Source: Nitrosopumilus sp. | GTDB taxonomy: Archaea > Thermoproteota > Nitrososphaeria > Nitrososphaerales > Nitrosopumilaceae | NCBI GenBank assembly: GCA_965205425.1 | Contig: CBDBGZ010000009.1 | Span: 1,088,001-1,152,000, forward strand | DNA length: 64,000 nucleotides | Direction of reading: 5' to 3' | Shown here: positions 21,058-30,823 of the stretch, piece after piece | Layout: each line of letters opens with the position of its first letter | How positions within the stretch are numbered: the stretch's first letter is position 1 | Position numbers and translations under genes: made by a program | The notes under the pieces: model-generated | The model's input: the letters and a program-made list of their open reading frames with translations, nothing else | Databases searched by the model: none | What the model was told of the DNA's origin: nothing

Positions 21058-21690
21058 ATGGTCAATAAGGGATTTCCAAAGTTTGGCATGTCACAAGCAG
21101 GAGCATTTGTTGCTGCTCTTAAAAATTACAATTTACCAGATTTTATTTTAGTATTAGTTGCAAAAGAATGCAAATCAGAACTTCTTGAAAGAGGAAGAAT
21201 TGATGATAGATTACAAAGTATGAATGATGATGCCTTAGAATTGCTGCATAAAGTTTTTGTCGGATGTGAAGAAGATGCTGCAGGAAAATATGCTCAATAC
21301 AGATTCTTTGCATATGTATCTAGCATGTATCACAAATGTGAAGTAATTGTTAATGATACAATTCCTGGTGCAACTGGTAAAAATCACAAAGTTCCAGTTG
21401 CAGTAAAAAATAATGGTATGTATATTGCAGTTGCATATAACAAAGCAACTGGAAATCCTGTAAATAAAAAAGAGACAACTAGATTTTATGATATGGTAGA
21501 TGATATCAAAAAAGGTGATCATGGAACAATGTTAACTGATGGAATTTATGGTTCTTCAGTTGGATTTAGAGGAGATGCACTAGTAGAACTTGAAACATTA
21601 AGTAAATCAAGAAATGATGATCCTGAAAATAAATTAGATTTCAAAACTGCAAATTTTGAAAATAATATTTACTCAGTTACAAAATGTTAA
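21058..21690 (+). CDS. Hypothetical protein
   Basis: 210-aa ORF with host-like composition. Confidence 0.8.
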   Translation: MVNKGFPKFGMSQAGAFVAALKNYNLPDFILVLVAKECKSELLERGRIDDRLQSMNDDALELLHKVFVGCEEDAAGKYAQYRFFAYVSSMYHKCEVIVNDTIPGATGKNHKVPVAVKNNGMYIAVAYNKATGNPVNKKETTRFYDMVDDIKKGDHGTMLTDGIYGSSVGFRGDALVELETLSKSRNDDPENKLDFKTANFENNIYSVTKC

Positions 21691-21846
21691 CTGTAAAAAT
21701 TTTAGGTGATTATCAATTATTCACCACCAACACATAATCTAACAATAATGAGAAAGTATCTTCCATCTCTGTTGTTGTATCTCCACTCCATCTCTTTGAT
21801 GTATAACAAGAAGTTATCTGGACTTACACCATGATGCTTTGCCATG

Positions 21847-22817
21847 GGCCTTGTAGAAACCATCTGATTTTAACCCAATTGTGATACATTTTAGCTAATT
21901 TAGATCCATTAGGATTGTATTTGCAGATTACAGTATGGTCTCATCATACGTCAAAATGTGCAAAACACTACTCAATATAATCACCAGATGCAGAATTCCC
22001 AGGTTCTTACATCCAAAATCAAATCATATCTATTCTGTTTGGACACATCTCATACTCTTGGCAATACGACAGTACGAATCAAAGAGTTATAGAAGATTTA
22101 CAGAATTTTTAGAAGAATGTGTAGGAATTCAGGAATATCTTGGTTTGTCTACCATTCCACATTACACCACACTACAAAAGGCAGCTGCAAGACTGGAAGG
22201 AAATCTGTTACATAAAATGTTGCAGGAATTCATTTTGTACAAAAAAGTCAGACTGGTTCTAGCTGGAATTGATGGTAGCGGATTCAGTTACAGTACAGCA
22301 TCATACTATTATACAAAAAGAGTACAGTTACGCAGGAATTTCCTAAAAGTTGTTGTTTGTGCTGACATGAATACACAGCTTGTTTGCTGTGTCATGACAC
22401 ACCACAACATGCAACATGATAATCCTGATTTTCTGCCATTGTTGTACAAAACCAACAATATTGTTCCAGTTGATATTGTGTTAGGTGACATGGGTTTTGA
22501 TGATGAGAATAACCATGTTGGTGCAGAACAGATCAACACAGCTGCAATGATTCCAACTCGATATAGAACAGTTCCAATTTACAGAACCAGTGGAATTCAC
22601 AGAAAGGAGATGAAGAGGAACTTTCCTGTACAATTGTACCATCAGAGAAACAAATCTGAAACAATCTTTTTTGTGATCAAACAGATAATGTCAGGAGATG
22701 TCACATCAAGAAATGTTACAACTCAGGACAATGAGATGTTGTACAGGTTAATTGCATACAATGCTTACAGGATTAGAAAATTAGATTTTGTTATTTTATT
22801 ATGGTTTCTACAAGGCC
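21847..22817 (+). mobile_element. IS5-family element (971 bp)
   Basis: Perfect 17-bp TIR GGCCTTGTAGAAACCAT; 9-bp TSD TTTGCCATG (21838-46, 22818-26). Confidence 0.93.
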
Positions 22818-22909
22818 TTTGCCATGTTCTCTTTTGCAAAACTCCAAAACCCTTCGATTCCATTTATGTACACATCACCACTCCCAAACATCTTGCTGTG
22901 GTCTATTGA
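21935..22909 (+). CDS. IS5-family DDE transposase, reads through right TIR
   Basis: PHYTTL, GIDGSGF, LGDMGFD, YHQRNKSETIF..IK. Confidence 0.9.
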   Translation: MVSSYVKMCKTLLNIITRCRIPRFLHPKSNHIYSVWTHLILLAIRQYESKSYRRFTEFLEECVGIQEYLGLSTIPHYTTLQKAAARLEGNLLHKMLQEFILYKKVRLVLAGIDGSGFSYSTASYYYTKRVQLRRNFLKVVVCADMNTQLVCCVMTHHNMQHDNPDFLPLLYKTNNIVPVDIVLGDMGFDDENNHVGAEQINTAAMIPTRYRTVPIYRTSGIHRKEMKRNFPVQLYHQRNKSETIFFVIKQIMSGDVTSRNVTTQDNEMLYRLIAYNAYRIRKLDFVILLWFLQGLCHVLFCKTPKPFDSIYVHITTPKHLAVVY

Positions 22910-23311
22910 GAGATGTTTGTAGGCGTTGAAAACTAGCGAATCATATCCTCTCCACTTGTCCGTATACACAATGCTTCCTTTCTTTACTTTCTTGATGGTG
23001 CTTGCAAGAAGAGTTTTAGCTTTGACATTGTTTACAATCTCAACGTGAACTTTTCCCTTTCTTTCCAGTATGCCAAATACGATGGTCTTGTTCTTGGCAC
23101 CTCTGCCACGATTTCCCTTTCTTTTTCCTCCAAAATAGTCGCCTCGTCAGCCTCAATTTCCCCTTTTAATTTCTTGTCTGATTCTGCCAAGTGATACAGT
23201 ATTGAATATCTGATACAATCAAATGCATTTAGTGCAAGTTGGATAACTGACATCTGCTTCTCTAACTGCACATCTTGCACTAATCCCAATATCAAATAAT
23301 TTGACTAGGGC

Positions 23312-24337
23312 GGGTGTGTCCTAAAAGTAGACAAATATAACAATTTTATTCAATTCTGTAACATATTGATCGCATGGAATCACAACAACTATGCAAAACA
23401 AATCAAAAAGAGACTGGCAAGTATATGGCACATATCGCAAGGATGAGGAGATTCTATTCTTGGAAAAAGTAAAGAAGACAGTTTGGAGTATGGATACACC
23501 ATGGGAACCAAAGACAGGCGGACGTCCTGCATTTCCAACAAAAGCAAAGATAATGTGTGCAATGCTAAAGGTAAAGTTTGGATTGGATTATCGTTCCATG
23601 GAGTCCCACTTGAGATCAAGGCCGGATCTGTTGGAAATAATGGAGCTCAAAAAAGCACCAAGCAAGACTGTCATTAATGACAGTCTAAAAAGAATTCCAA
23701 TGCCTTATTTGAAAAAGGTAAACGCAAAACTCACAGAACCAATCAAAAAAAAGACATAGCTCCTGACAGTTCAGGATTTGGTACCAAAAGATGTGAGGCT
23801 TGGTTTGACATCAAGACAAACACGCACAAATCCAAGAAATTATATCTAAAACTGCACATCCTAATTGCAATACAGTCCATGGCAATAGTATCTTTTGACA
23901 TTACTAAAGGAACTCGTGGTGATGCACCAATTCTCAAAAAATTAATCAAAGACATTCCAAAGGGAATTGGTGATTTTTGTGCAGATCCTGCATATTTGTC
24001 ACGAGACATTTGCAATATGGTAGCTACTCTGCAAAAGATACCATACATCAAACCAAAGAAGAACACAGTTAGAAATCCCAAAGGCTCTGCATCATGGAAA
24101 AAAATGATAACATTATTCCAGGACAATCAAGATGAATTTGACAGACATTATCACAAGAGGTCACTTGTTGAATCAGTATTTGCAGTACTCAAAAGAATCT
24201 TTGGAAATAGCTTGTCATCAAAAAACAAGTTGGTTCAAAGAAAAGAGTTGGCGTTGCGTGTAATTTGTTACAACATACGAGTTGTTAATTTGATGGGGGT
24301 TACAAAACATGTTAGAGGATAGTTTTAGGACACACCC
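23312..24337 (+). mobile_element. IS5-family element (1026 bp), split transposase
   Basis: 15-bp TIR GGGTGTGTCCTAAAA; 9-bp TSD GACTAGGGC (23303-11, 24338-46). Confidence 0.93.
23391..24322 (+). CDS. IS5-family transposase joined by -1 frameshift at A8G (23745-23753)
   Basis: ORF1 ends ATC AAA AAA AAG ACA TAG; -1 frame continues DIAPDSSGF...ADPAY...YHKRSLVESVF..LK. Confidence 0.85.
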
Positions 24338-24637
24338 GACTAGGGCCAACCATTTTGTAAAATTAATGTTGATGATATCAAACCATGTTCCAGCAAACGG
24401 TCTATAATCTGTCTTGCAATCTTTGCATCTTAGTTTCCCTCTTGAAATAATATAGTAATTCTCAGAGTTACATGATGAACAATGAATTGTGTTTTTCTTT
24501 TTGAATTGGTTGCAGAGAAATTCCAATGCAGTTGATTTGTTGTGAATTATTTTAGATAACTCAATTATGTTGATTGTTTTTTCCAATAATTACTCAAAAA
24601 TAGTTGGTGGTAATAGGTTTACAATCACCAAATTTTA

Positions 24638-25204
24638 TTATAGATTAAATTGTGAGGTATCCATTGTTAAAAACATGGGTTTGCCATCAGTTTTTTTAAA
24701 ATTTTCCCCATATTGTTCAAATTCTAATTGTTCAAAAAGATGTTTTGTCCACACATCATGAACTTCCTGAATGAATTTCTTATGTCCTTTAATTCTCAAC
24801 ATTTCGTGTAGTAATTCATGGGATACAGTAGTACAATTTTTTTCTGCAAGATACAAAGTATCATTAGATTCTTCTGGAGTTTGCCAAAATACCATTCCAA
24901 AGTTTTCAGCATGATATCCTTCACACGTACAATCAGTCCACCAAGGTTTGAAATGAGTTAGATAGAAATGAAAAGTGTCTTTTCCACGTTGTTCATGATC
25001 GCGTACAAGTGTGTGAGTATCAAGACGTTGAAGAATACTTCTAGGTGTTGTTATCATCTCATCACATTGAATTTCATATTCTTGGCCAAACTTTTCCTTT
25101 AGCCAAATTTGATAAAATTTACTCATTTTTTTAATATATTCAAATTCAAATTGTCGTTTTTCACGATCTTCTTCGGGTACTACAAAAATAAAATGTAGAA
25201 TCAT
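24638..25204 (-). CDS. Hypothetical protein with HExxH motif
   Basis: TVSHELLHEML. Confidence 0.75.
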   Translation of the reverse strand: MILHFIFVVPEEDREKRQFEFEYIKKMSKFYQIWLKEKFGQEYEIQCDEMITTPRSILQRLDTHTLVRDHEQRGKDTFHFYLTHFKPWWTDCTCEGYHAENFGMVFWQTPEESNDTLYLAEKNCTTVSHELLHEMLRIKGHKKFIQEVHDVWTKHLFEQLEFEQYGENFKKTDGKPMFLTMDTSQFNL

Positions 25205-25222
25205 AATAAGAAAAAAGGGTGT

Positions 25223-25462
25223 TTATGTTTGACCTTCAATACCCATTAAGGTTAGAGTTGAACGAATCTTTTCAATTTTTCTGATTTTCCAAGTAATTGT
25301 TTCTCTAAGTTTTTCAACAGTATCAGATTCGATCTTGGCCAAAATATCGTATGCACCAAAAGTTCCATGAACTTCCTTAACACCTTCCAAGCCCTTTAGT
25401 TGCTGAATAATAGCTTCTTCAGAACCCAATTCACAGTTTATTAAAACATAAGCTGTTGCCAT
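25223..25462 (-). CDS. Lrp/AsnC ligand-binding (RAM) domain protein
   Basis: AYVLINCELG, GAYDILAKI, IRSTLTL. Confidence 0.9.
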   Translation of the reverse strand: MATAYVLINCELGSEEAIIQQLKGLEGVKEVHGTFGAYDILAKIESDTVEKLRETITWKIRKIEKIRSTLTLMGIEGQT

Positions 25463-25505
25463 ACAGAAATTAAATAAATCGACTATATCAATAAACCGAT
25501 TATTC

Positions 25506-25925
25506 TTAGTTTTGAGACATCTTTAGGATTGTATCCCAAATTGACTTAGGTACAGGCATTACAGATAATCTTGAAATTCTGATCAGTTCCCAATCTTTGA
25601 ATTTTTTCTCTTTTTTCATTTCATCAAGAGTTACTGGACGTTTTAATGATTTTTTGTATTTTACATCTACAACTATGAAACGTTCAACATCTTCTTTGGG
25701 ATTCGAATAAGGTTTTGAAGTTACTTGCATAATTCCTACGGCTTGTCTTTCATCACCTGTATGATAAAATAATACCAGATCTCCAGATTTCATTTCTCGC
25801 ATATGCTTTAGTGCAAGATTATTGTGAACACCATCCCAAACAGTTGTTTTTTCTTTTTTTAGTTGTTCAAAATTATAGCCTCGTGGACCACTTGGTTCTT
25901 GTTTTGCTAACCAATAATTTGTCAT
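25506..25925 (-). CDS. EVE domain protein
   Basis: YWLAKQEP, WDGVHN..A, GDLVLFYH, RLSVMPV. Confidence 0.92.
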   Translation of the reverse strand: MTNYWLAKQEPSGPRGYNFEQLKKEKTTVWDGVHNNLALKHMREMKSGDLVLFYHTGDERQAVGIMQVTSKPYSNPKEDVERFIVVDVKYKKSLKRPVTLDEMKKEKKFKDWELIRISRLSVMPVPKSIWDTILKMSQN

Positions 25926-25970
25926 TTCATTTTCTGTATAATTATCTGGGTTTAATGGTTTTGAAAATAG

Positions 25971-26140
25971 ATATGTTCCCCGGTTCTGACTCGCACAAAA
26001 TCATTGGTCATAGCCATACGCCTCCTCGCGTTCTAAAACCGGGGTTGCCCATAATGTAGCACACCTGGGTGAATTAGAAATCACTGGTATCATTACGATC
26101 GACTCATCCTAATCCGTCTGCATGCCTGCTCTTGGGCGAT
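25971..26140 (-). ncRNA. Candidate structured RNA, two hairpins each followed by ACA (H/ACA-like)
   Basis: GC-rich island in AT-rich gap; stems GGATTAGGA/TTCTAATTC and CCCCGG/CCGGGG; ACA at 26055-57 and 25974-76. Confidence 0.5.
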
Positions 26141-26213
26141 TAATTATGGAATTACTCCTACTAAAAACCATTAAGGGAATTATTTATCAAAAATGAATTT
26201 AGGATAAATGATT

Positions 26214-27854
26214 TTAATTTTTAAGAATAGAGTCAGATAATGATATTTCAAATCCTACTACAGGAACTCGAATTTTATAATTTTCTATAATTTTGGAATC
26301 AATTTTTCCAATAATTCCAATAGGTACATTATTCAAAAGAATTGATGCACAATGACCTTGTTCAAAAGTAGGATTAGTGGAAGTTTTTGTTTCAATTTTA
26401 ATTCCAAATCCAATATTCAATGCAGATTGAATAATAGATTTTATCTCAGTAAAATTTGCATCTTTATGAGCACTAATACCAGAAAAATTAATTTTTTCAC
26501 TAATTGGATTTTCAGTAGCAAAAACAGTTCCTGTTTCAAATATTTTTTGAGGATAAGATTCATGAATATTTTTTGAAAGATTTTCTAATAATCCAGGAAG
26601 TATAGTGTCACGTAAAATTGTATGTTCCTGACTTTTTGAATCTAATACAGAGATAATTTTTGTTGAATCTCTATTCGTCATATCATATAATACTCGTTTA
26701 CTAGTCAAACTTGAATTAACGGCTTCAAGATAACCTAATCCAATCATAGTTTTGTCTAATGATTTTATTTGTAGTGAGACAGGATTTATTTTTCCTATAG
26801 TTTGTGATGGAGACATAGTAGGTTCAAGATTTTGAATTCCATATCCCAAAGCAACTTCTTCTACTAAATCCATAGGTCCAAAAATATCAAATCTATATGC
26901 AGGAACTGTACAAATTATACTAAGTCCTTTAGATGTTGCATCTAAACGAGATTTTTTCAAACATGAAATAATTTTAGATGTTTTAAGATCCAATCCAAGT
27001 GTTTGATTGATTAATGAAGAATTAACAATAAGTTTTTTAGAATCAAGTTTTGGTGATGAATTTTTTGAGCCAGATATTTTTACTGATTCTAATGTAAATC
27101 CAGCACTTTGTAAAATTGTGGCTACAACTGCAAGCATGTCTTCAGCGTCTTCTTTATTGATTCCAGTTACCTCAACAAAGAGATTCTTTGTTTTAGTTGT
27201 AACAGTTGTGACTGCTGCATTGATAATTGGTGGGAAAGATACAGTATTTTGATCATTATCAACAATTAGAGGTACTTGAGATGATTGTCCAAGTAACGAA
27301 CCATAATCTTGCCCCACATCAGTATTTGTCAAAATTTTAGAAATAGAGATTTCTTCTTCAGAATTTAGAGGTACAAATTTGTGATTTCTATTTGTCGTAG
27401 TGTAGATTAGAGGAAATGAAACCTTATCCAAATCATGAATGCCAATTGAAGATTTTTTTCTTTTTCTTCCGATTCCGAAATGAAGATCTTCTTGCATGGT
27501 CATCAATTGCTTGATAGTTTTATCATCAATTTTTCCATTCTTTGCAACAATTCCAGTTACAAAAGGACGTATCTTAGAAACTCCAGACTTTACAGAAATT
27601 GAATATTTGTTTGATTTTTTTATATTGAATTTTACAGTTCCAGTTTTAATTCCAAGTAATCCTTGTAATCCAAGTGCAATTCCAAAATCAGTCGAGTAAT
27701 CAGGTCTATTTGGACTATATTCAATTCTAACTTGATCTTTATCTTCAGATTCTATGTCTAAACCGAGAAATGGTAAAGAATCAGAAATTTGTTTTTTTGA
27801 TACTTTGCCTACTAATTTTTGAAGGCGGGAATAAGATAATTCAACTACTGGCAT
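26214..27854 (-). CDS. pheT: Phenylalanine--tRNA ligase beta subunit
   Basis: MPVVEL start, PNRPD, IGIHDLD, SFPPIIN, DLVEEVA. Confidence 0.94.
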   Translation of the reverse strand: MPVVELSYSRLQKLVGKVSKKQISDSLPFLGLDIESEDKDQVRIEYSPNRPDYSTDFGIALGLQGLLGIKTGTVKFNIKKSNKYSISVKSGVSKIRPFVTGIVAKNGKIDDKTIKQLMTMQEDLHFGIGRKRKKSSIGIHDLDKVSFPLIYTTTNRNHKFVPLNSEEEISISKILTNTDVGQDYGSLLGQSSQVPLIVDNDQNTVSFPPIINAAVTTVTTKTKNLFVEVTGINKEDAEDMLAVVATILQSAGFTLESVKISGSKNSSPKLDSKKLIVNSSLINQTLGLDLKTSKIISCLKKSRLDATSKGLSIICTVPAYRFDIFGPMDLVEEVALGYGIQNLEPTMSPSQTIGKINPVSLQIKSLDKTMIGLGYLEAVNSSLTSKRVLYDMTNRDSTKIISVLDSKSQEHTILRDTILPGLLENLSKNIHESYPQKIFETGTVFATENPISEKINFSGISAHKDANFTEIKSIIQSALNIGFGIKIETKTSTNPTFEQGHCASILLNNVPIGIIGKIDSKIIENYKIRVPVVGFEISLSDSILKN

Positions 27855-29239
27855 TTTGTGGCACTCCTTAACCATCCTAAATTATTATTGTAAAATTCTC
27901 TTACATCATCTAGATCATATTTTAGCATAGCAATTCGTTCGATTCCTCCACCCCAAGCTAAAACAGGTTTGGTAATTCCTAGAGGTTTTGTTACTTCAGG
28001 TCTAAAAATACCCATTCCAAATAATTCAATCCATTTTCCCAATTTTTCATTGTACACCATCGTTTGAAGGGATGGTTCGGTATATGGAAAAAATGTTGGC
28101 CAAAATTTAATTTTCGTAATTCCTATTCGTTTGTAAAATTCACGTTGAATTCCCATTAAATTTCTTAGATTAGCATCTTTTCCAACAACTACTCCTTCAA
28201 TTTGATTAAATTCAACAAGATGTTTGTAACTAACCTTTTCGTTACGGAATACTCTACCCAATGAGAAAATTTGTGCCTCATCAGGTTTCTGTTCAGCTAA
28301 ATGTTTGATAGTAACACAAGTCGTATGTGTTCTTAGAACCATTTTTCTTGCTTCGTTAATATCCCATTGATATCTCCAATTCTTTTTGTGAGATTCAGAA
28401 ACTTTTCTAATTTGTTCGGGTGTGCCAATTTTTTTTGCATTAATTCTATCTAGATAAAACGTATCTTGTAATTCTCTTGCAGGATGATCTTGTGGAGTGA
28501 ATAGAGCATCAAAATTCCAAAAGCTTGATTGTGTCATGTTACCAAGAATTTCGGAGAAACCAAGTGTAACAAATATTTCTCGAATTTCATCTATTGTATC
28601 TTTAAGAGGATGAGTTCTTGCAACAAAAACTTCTGGAACTTTAGCTTCTACATCAATTCCACCAGTTGAATCAGAAAGAATGATAGATTTTGCAGAATCT
28701 GATAAAATAATTTCCTGAGTCTTTAATACATCTTCAATAATAAAATCAGGTCGTTTCAAAAGCGAAGATAAATCATCTACATCAATTTTATTTTTGGGTA
28801 ATTTTTCATTTCCAATAAGTTTGAGAGTTTTTTCTCCAGGAAGTTCTGATGGGGAATTTTTAAGGATGATTTGATCATTTGATGCTACAACCCAATTATT
28901 TTTTCTAGCTAAACCCATTGATGGTCCAAAGACAAAACCTAATTCTTTTTGTAAATCAGATAATTTTTTGGGTCCATTCTTTAGTAAATTTAACAATCTT
29001 CTTTCAGGTAATCCTTTTTCAAAAGATTCAATTCCATTCTTACCTAAGCTAATGACACTTGATTTAGATTCATTTACAATTGCCAATTCTTTCAATCTGA
29101 GCCATTCAATTCCTCGTCTAATTTGATCAGGTGAAAGTTGTGTAGATTTTTCAAGGGAATCAGGAGTTTGTTTTTGAATATCTCGTAGAGAGGTAATAAT
29201 TTTTTTTTCAATTTCATGAAAAACTTGCGACAACAGCAA
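27845..29239 (-). CDS. pheS: Phenylalanine--tRNA ligase alpha subunit
   Basis: FWNFDALFTPQDHPARELQDTFY, LRTHTT, FPYTEPS. Confidence 0.96.
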   Translation of the reverse strand: MLLSQVFHEIEKKIITSLRDIQKQTPDSLEKSTQLSPDQIRRGIEWLRLKELAIVNESKSSVISLGKNGIESFEKGLPERRLLNLLKNGPKKLSDLQKELGFVFGPSMGLARKNNWVVASNDQIILKNSPSELPGEKTLKLIGNEKLPKNKIDVDDLSSLLKRPDFIIEDVLKTQEIILSDSAKSIILSDSTGGIDVEAKVPEVFVARTHPLKDTIDEIREIFVTLGFSEILGNMTQSSFWNFDALFTPQDHPARELQDTFYLDRINAKKIGTPEQIRKVSESHKKNWRYQWDINEARKMVLRTHTTCVTIKHLAEQKPDEAQIFSLGRVFRNEKVSYKHLVEFNQIEGVVVGKDANLRNLMGIQREFYKRIGITKIKFWPTFFPYTEPSLQTMVYNEKLGKWIELFGMGIFRPEVTKPLGITKPVLAWGGGIERIAMLKYDLDDVREFYNNNLGWLRSATKCQ

Positions 29240-29284
29240 AGAATCCGAAAAAGACTTTTTAAACCTTAACCTAAGTCAAGATGA

Positions 29285-30397
29285 ATGTCAGCTGATGACT
29301 TTATTGTAACTCCTTGGCATGTCGAGGGGGATATTGACTATGATAAATTAATCAAGCAATTTGGCACAGAAAAAATTTCTACAGACTTACTGGAGAGGAT
29401 TAAACAAATTACTGGAGAGGACAATTTCATGCTTAGAAGAGGTATTTTCTTCTCTCATAGAGAAATGATCAGAATATTAGATGAATATGAAAAAGGTAAC
29501 AAATTCTTTCTATACACTGGAAGAGGACCATCTGGACATACCCATATTGGACATTTGGTACCTTGGATGTTTGCTAAATGGTTACAAGAAAAATTTGATG
29601 TCAATATGTATTTCCAACTTACAGATGATGAGAAATTCTTCTCAAAGCCAAATTTAACTTTGGAAGAAACAAGAAAATTTGCATATGAGAATGCATTGGA
29701 TTTTATTGCTTTAGGATTCAAACCAGAAAAAACTAAGATTATTATCAATACAAAAAATATTCAAACACTTTATCCAATTGCAGCTCAAGTAGCAAAAAAA
29801 ATTAATTTTTCAAACACAAAAGCAACATTTGGATTTACTAATGAAACAAATATTGGAATGATTTTTTACACATCATTACAATCTGCGCCGTGTTTTATTG
29901 AAGACAAACCAGTTTTAATTCCATTAGGAGTTGATCAAGATCCTCATTTTAGACTAACACGTGACATAGCACAAAAAATTGGAAAACAAAAACCTGCATT
30001 AATTCACAACATAATGATTCCAGCTTTAGAAGGTCCAGGAGGAAAAATGTCAGCATCAGATGATAAAGGTACAGTTTACACAACAGATTCTCCAGAGGTA
30101 GTGAAAAAGAAAATTAACAAACATGCATTTTCAGGTGGACAGCCAGATATTGAGCAACACAGAAAACTTGGTGGGAATCCAGACATTGATGTTTCATATC
30201 AATATCTTAGAATATTTTTTGAACCAGATGATGAGAAATTAAAAACGATTTATGAAGATTACAAATCAGGAAAATTACTTTCAGGAGAATTAAAAGCAAT
30301 TTTAATTGAGAAAATTAATGCATTTCTTACAGTTCATCAAGAAAATAGAGAAAAAGCAAAAAACCAGATAGACCAGTTCCTATTTGAGGATAAATGA
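29285..30397 (+). CDS. trpS: Tryptophan--tRNA ligase
   Basis: YTGRGPSG..HIGH, DQDPHFR, KMSAS. Confidence 0.96.
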   Translation: MSADDFIVTPWHVEGDIDYDKLIKQFGTEKISTDLLERIKQITGEDNFMLRRGIFFSHREMIRILDEYEKGNKFFLYTGRGPSGHTHIGHLVPWMFAKWLQEKFDVNMYFQLTDDEKFFSKPNLTLEETRKFAYENALDFIALGFKPEKTKIIINTKNIQTLYPIAAQVAKKINFSNTKATFGFTNETNIGMIFYTSLQSAPCFIEDKPVLIPLGVDQDPHFRLTRDIAQKIGKQKPALIHNIMIPALEGPGGKMSASDDKGTVYTTDSPEVVKKKINKHAFSGGQPDIEQHRKLGGNPDIDVSYQYLRIFFEPDDEKLKTIYEDYKSGKLLSGELKAILIEKINAFLTVHQENREKAKNQIDQFLFEDK

Positions 30398-30675
30398 AAA
30401 TCCAAATTACATGTGAGGATAAATACGAGGCTCAAAAATTAGCCAGTCTTATTTTCATCAAAGAAGGAAAAGAGACATACATTACAGGAATTTTAAATAT
30501 TGTCAAAAATGAGTTGGTAATTTCATTGAAAGATAAATCTGCTCACAGCATATTACTCAAAAATGAAGAGGACGTCGAAAGTTTTGCAGATTTTATTCAA
30601 TCAGTTATCGATAAAGAACATACCTTGATTTCAACTAAAATTAACGAGTATGTTGTAGAAATAGTCAAAGAGTAA
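30394..30675 (+). CDS. Hypothetical protein
   Basis: 93-aa ORF overlapping trpS stop. Confidence 0.75.
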   Translation: MKIQITCEDKYEAQKLASLIFIKEGKETYITGILNIVKNELVISLKDKSAHSILLKNEEDVESFADFIQSVIDKEHTLISTKINEYVVEIVKE

Positions 30676-30677
30676 TT

Positions 30678-30761
30678 TTATAGGCCATAGAAGGCATACG
30701 CAGTTACAATTCCAACAACAACAATTAGAGATATTCCTAATGCTTTGAAATCACTATTCAT
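30678..30761 (-). CDS. Possible 27-aa single-TM microprotein
   Basis: MNSDFKALGISLIVVVGIVTAYAFYGL*. Confidence 0.4.
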   Translation of the reverse strand: MNSDFKALGISLIVVVGIVTAYAFYGL

Positions 30762-30823
30762 GAATTTATTTTGAAATAATTATAATTAAAGTGTTAACAA
30801 ATTCTCAAAGATGGTTTTACTAT

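Larger units (their letters stand above)
21718..24586 (-). pseudogene. IS1595 transposase pseudogene
   Basis: Two IS insertions plus two frameshifts (near 23258 and 23140). Confidence 0.85.
21705..24629 (-). mobile_element. IS1595-family (ISXO2-like) element, degenerate, with two nested IS5 elements
   Basis: Imperfect 27-bp TIRs GGTGATT...ACCACCAAC; 8-bp TSD AAATTTTA (21697-704, 24630-637); fragments give Zn ribbon CSSC..CKDC, EIEADE.YFGG, YTDKWRGY, INGIEGFWS, EMEWRYN. Confidence 0.9.

Noticed and set aside
23032..23295. 87-aa stand-alone gene
   Set aside because: Only the middle is in the IS1595 transposase frame; it is a pseudogene fragment.
25811..26059. 82-aa plus-strand ORF
   Set aside because: Overlaps the EVE gene antisense and the structured RNA candidate; no protein-like motif.
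25971..26140. SRP RNA or RNase P RNA assignment for the GC-rich gap
   Set aside because: No SRP helix-8 GGAA/AGCA motif or RNase P conserved regions found; about half the expected length.
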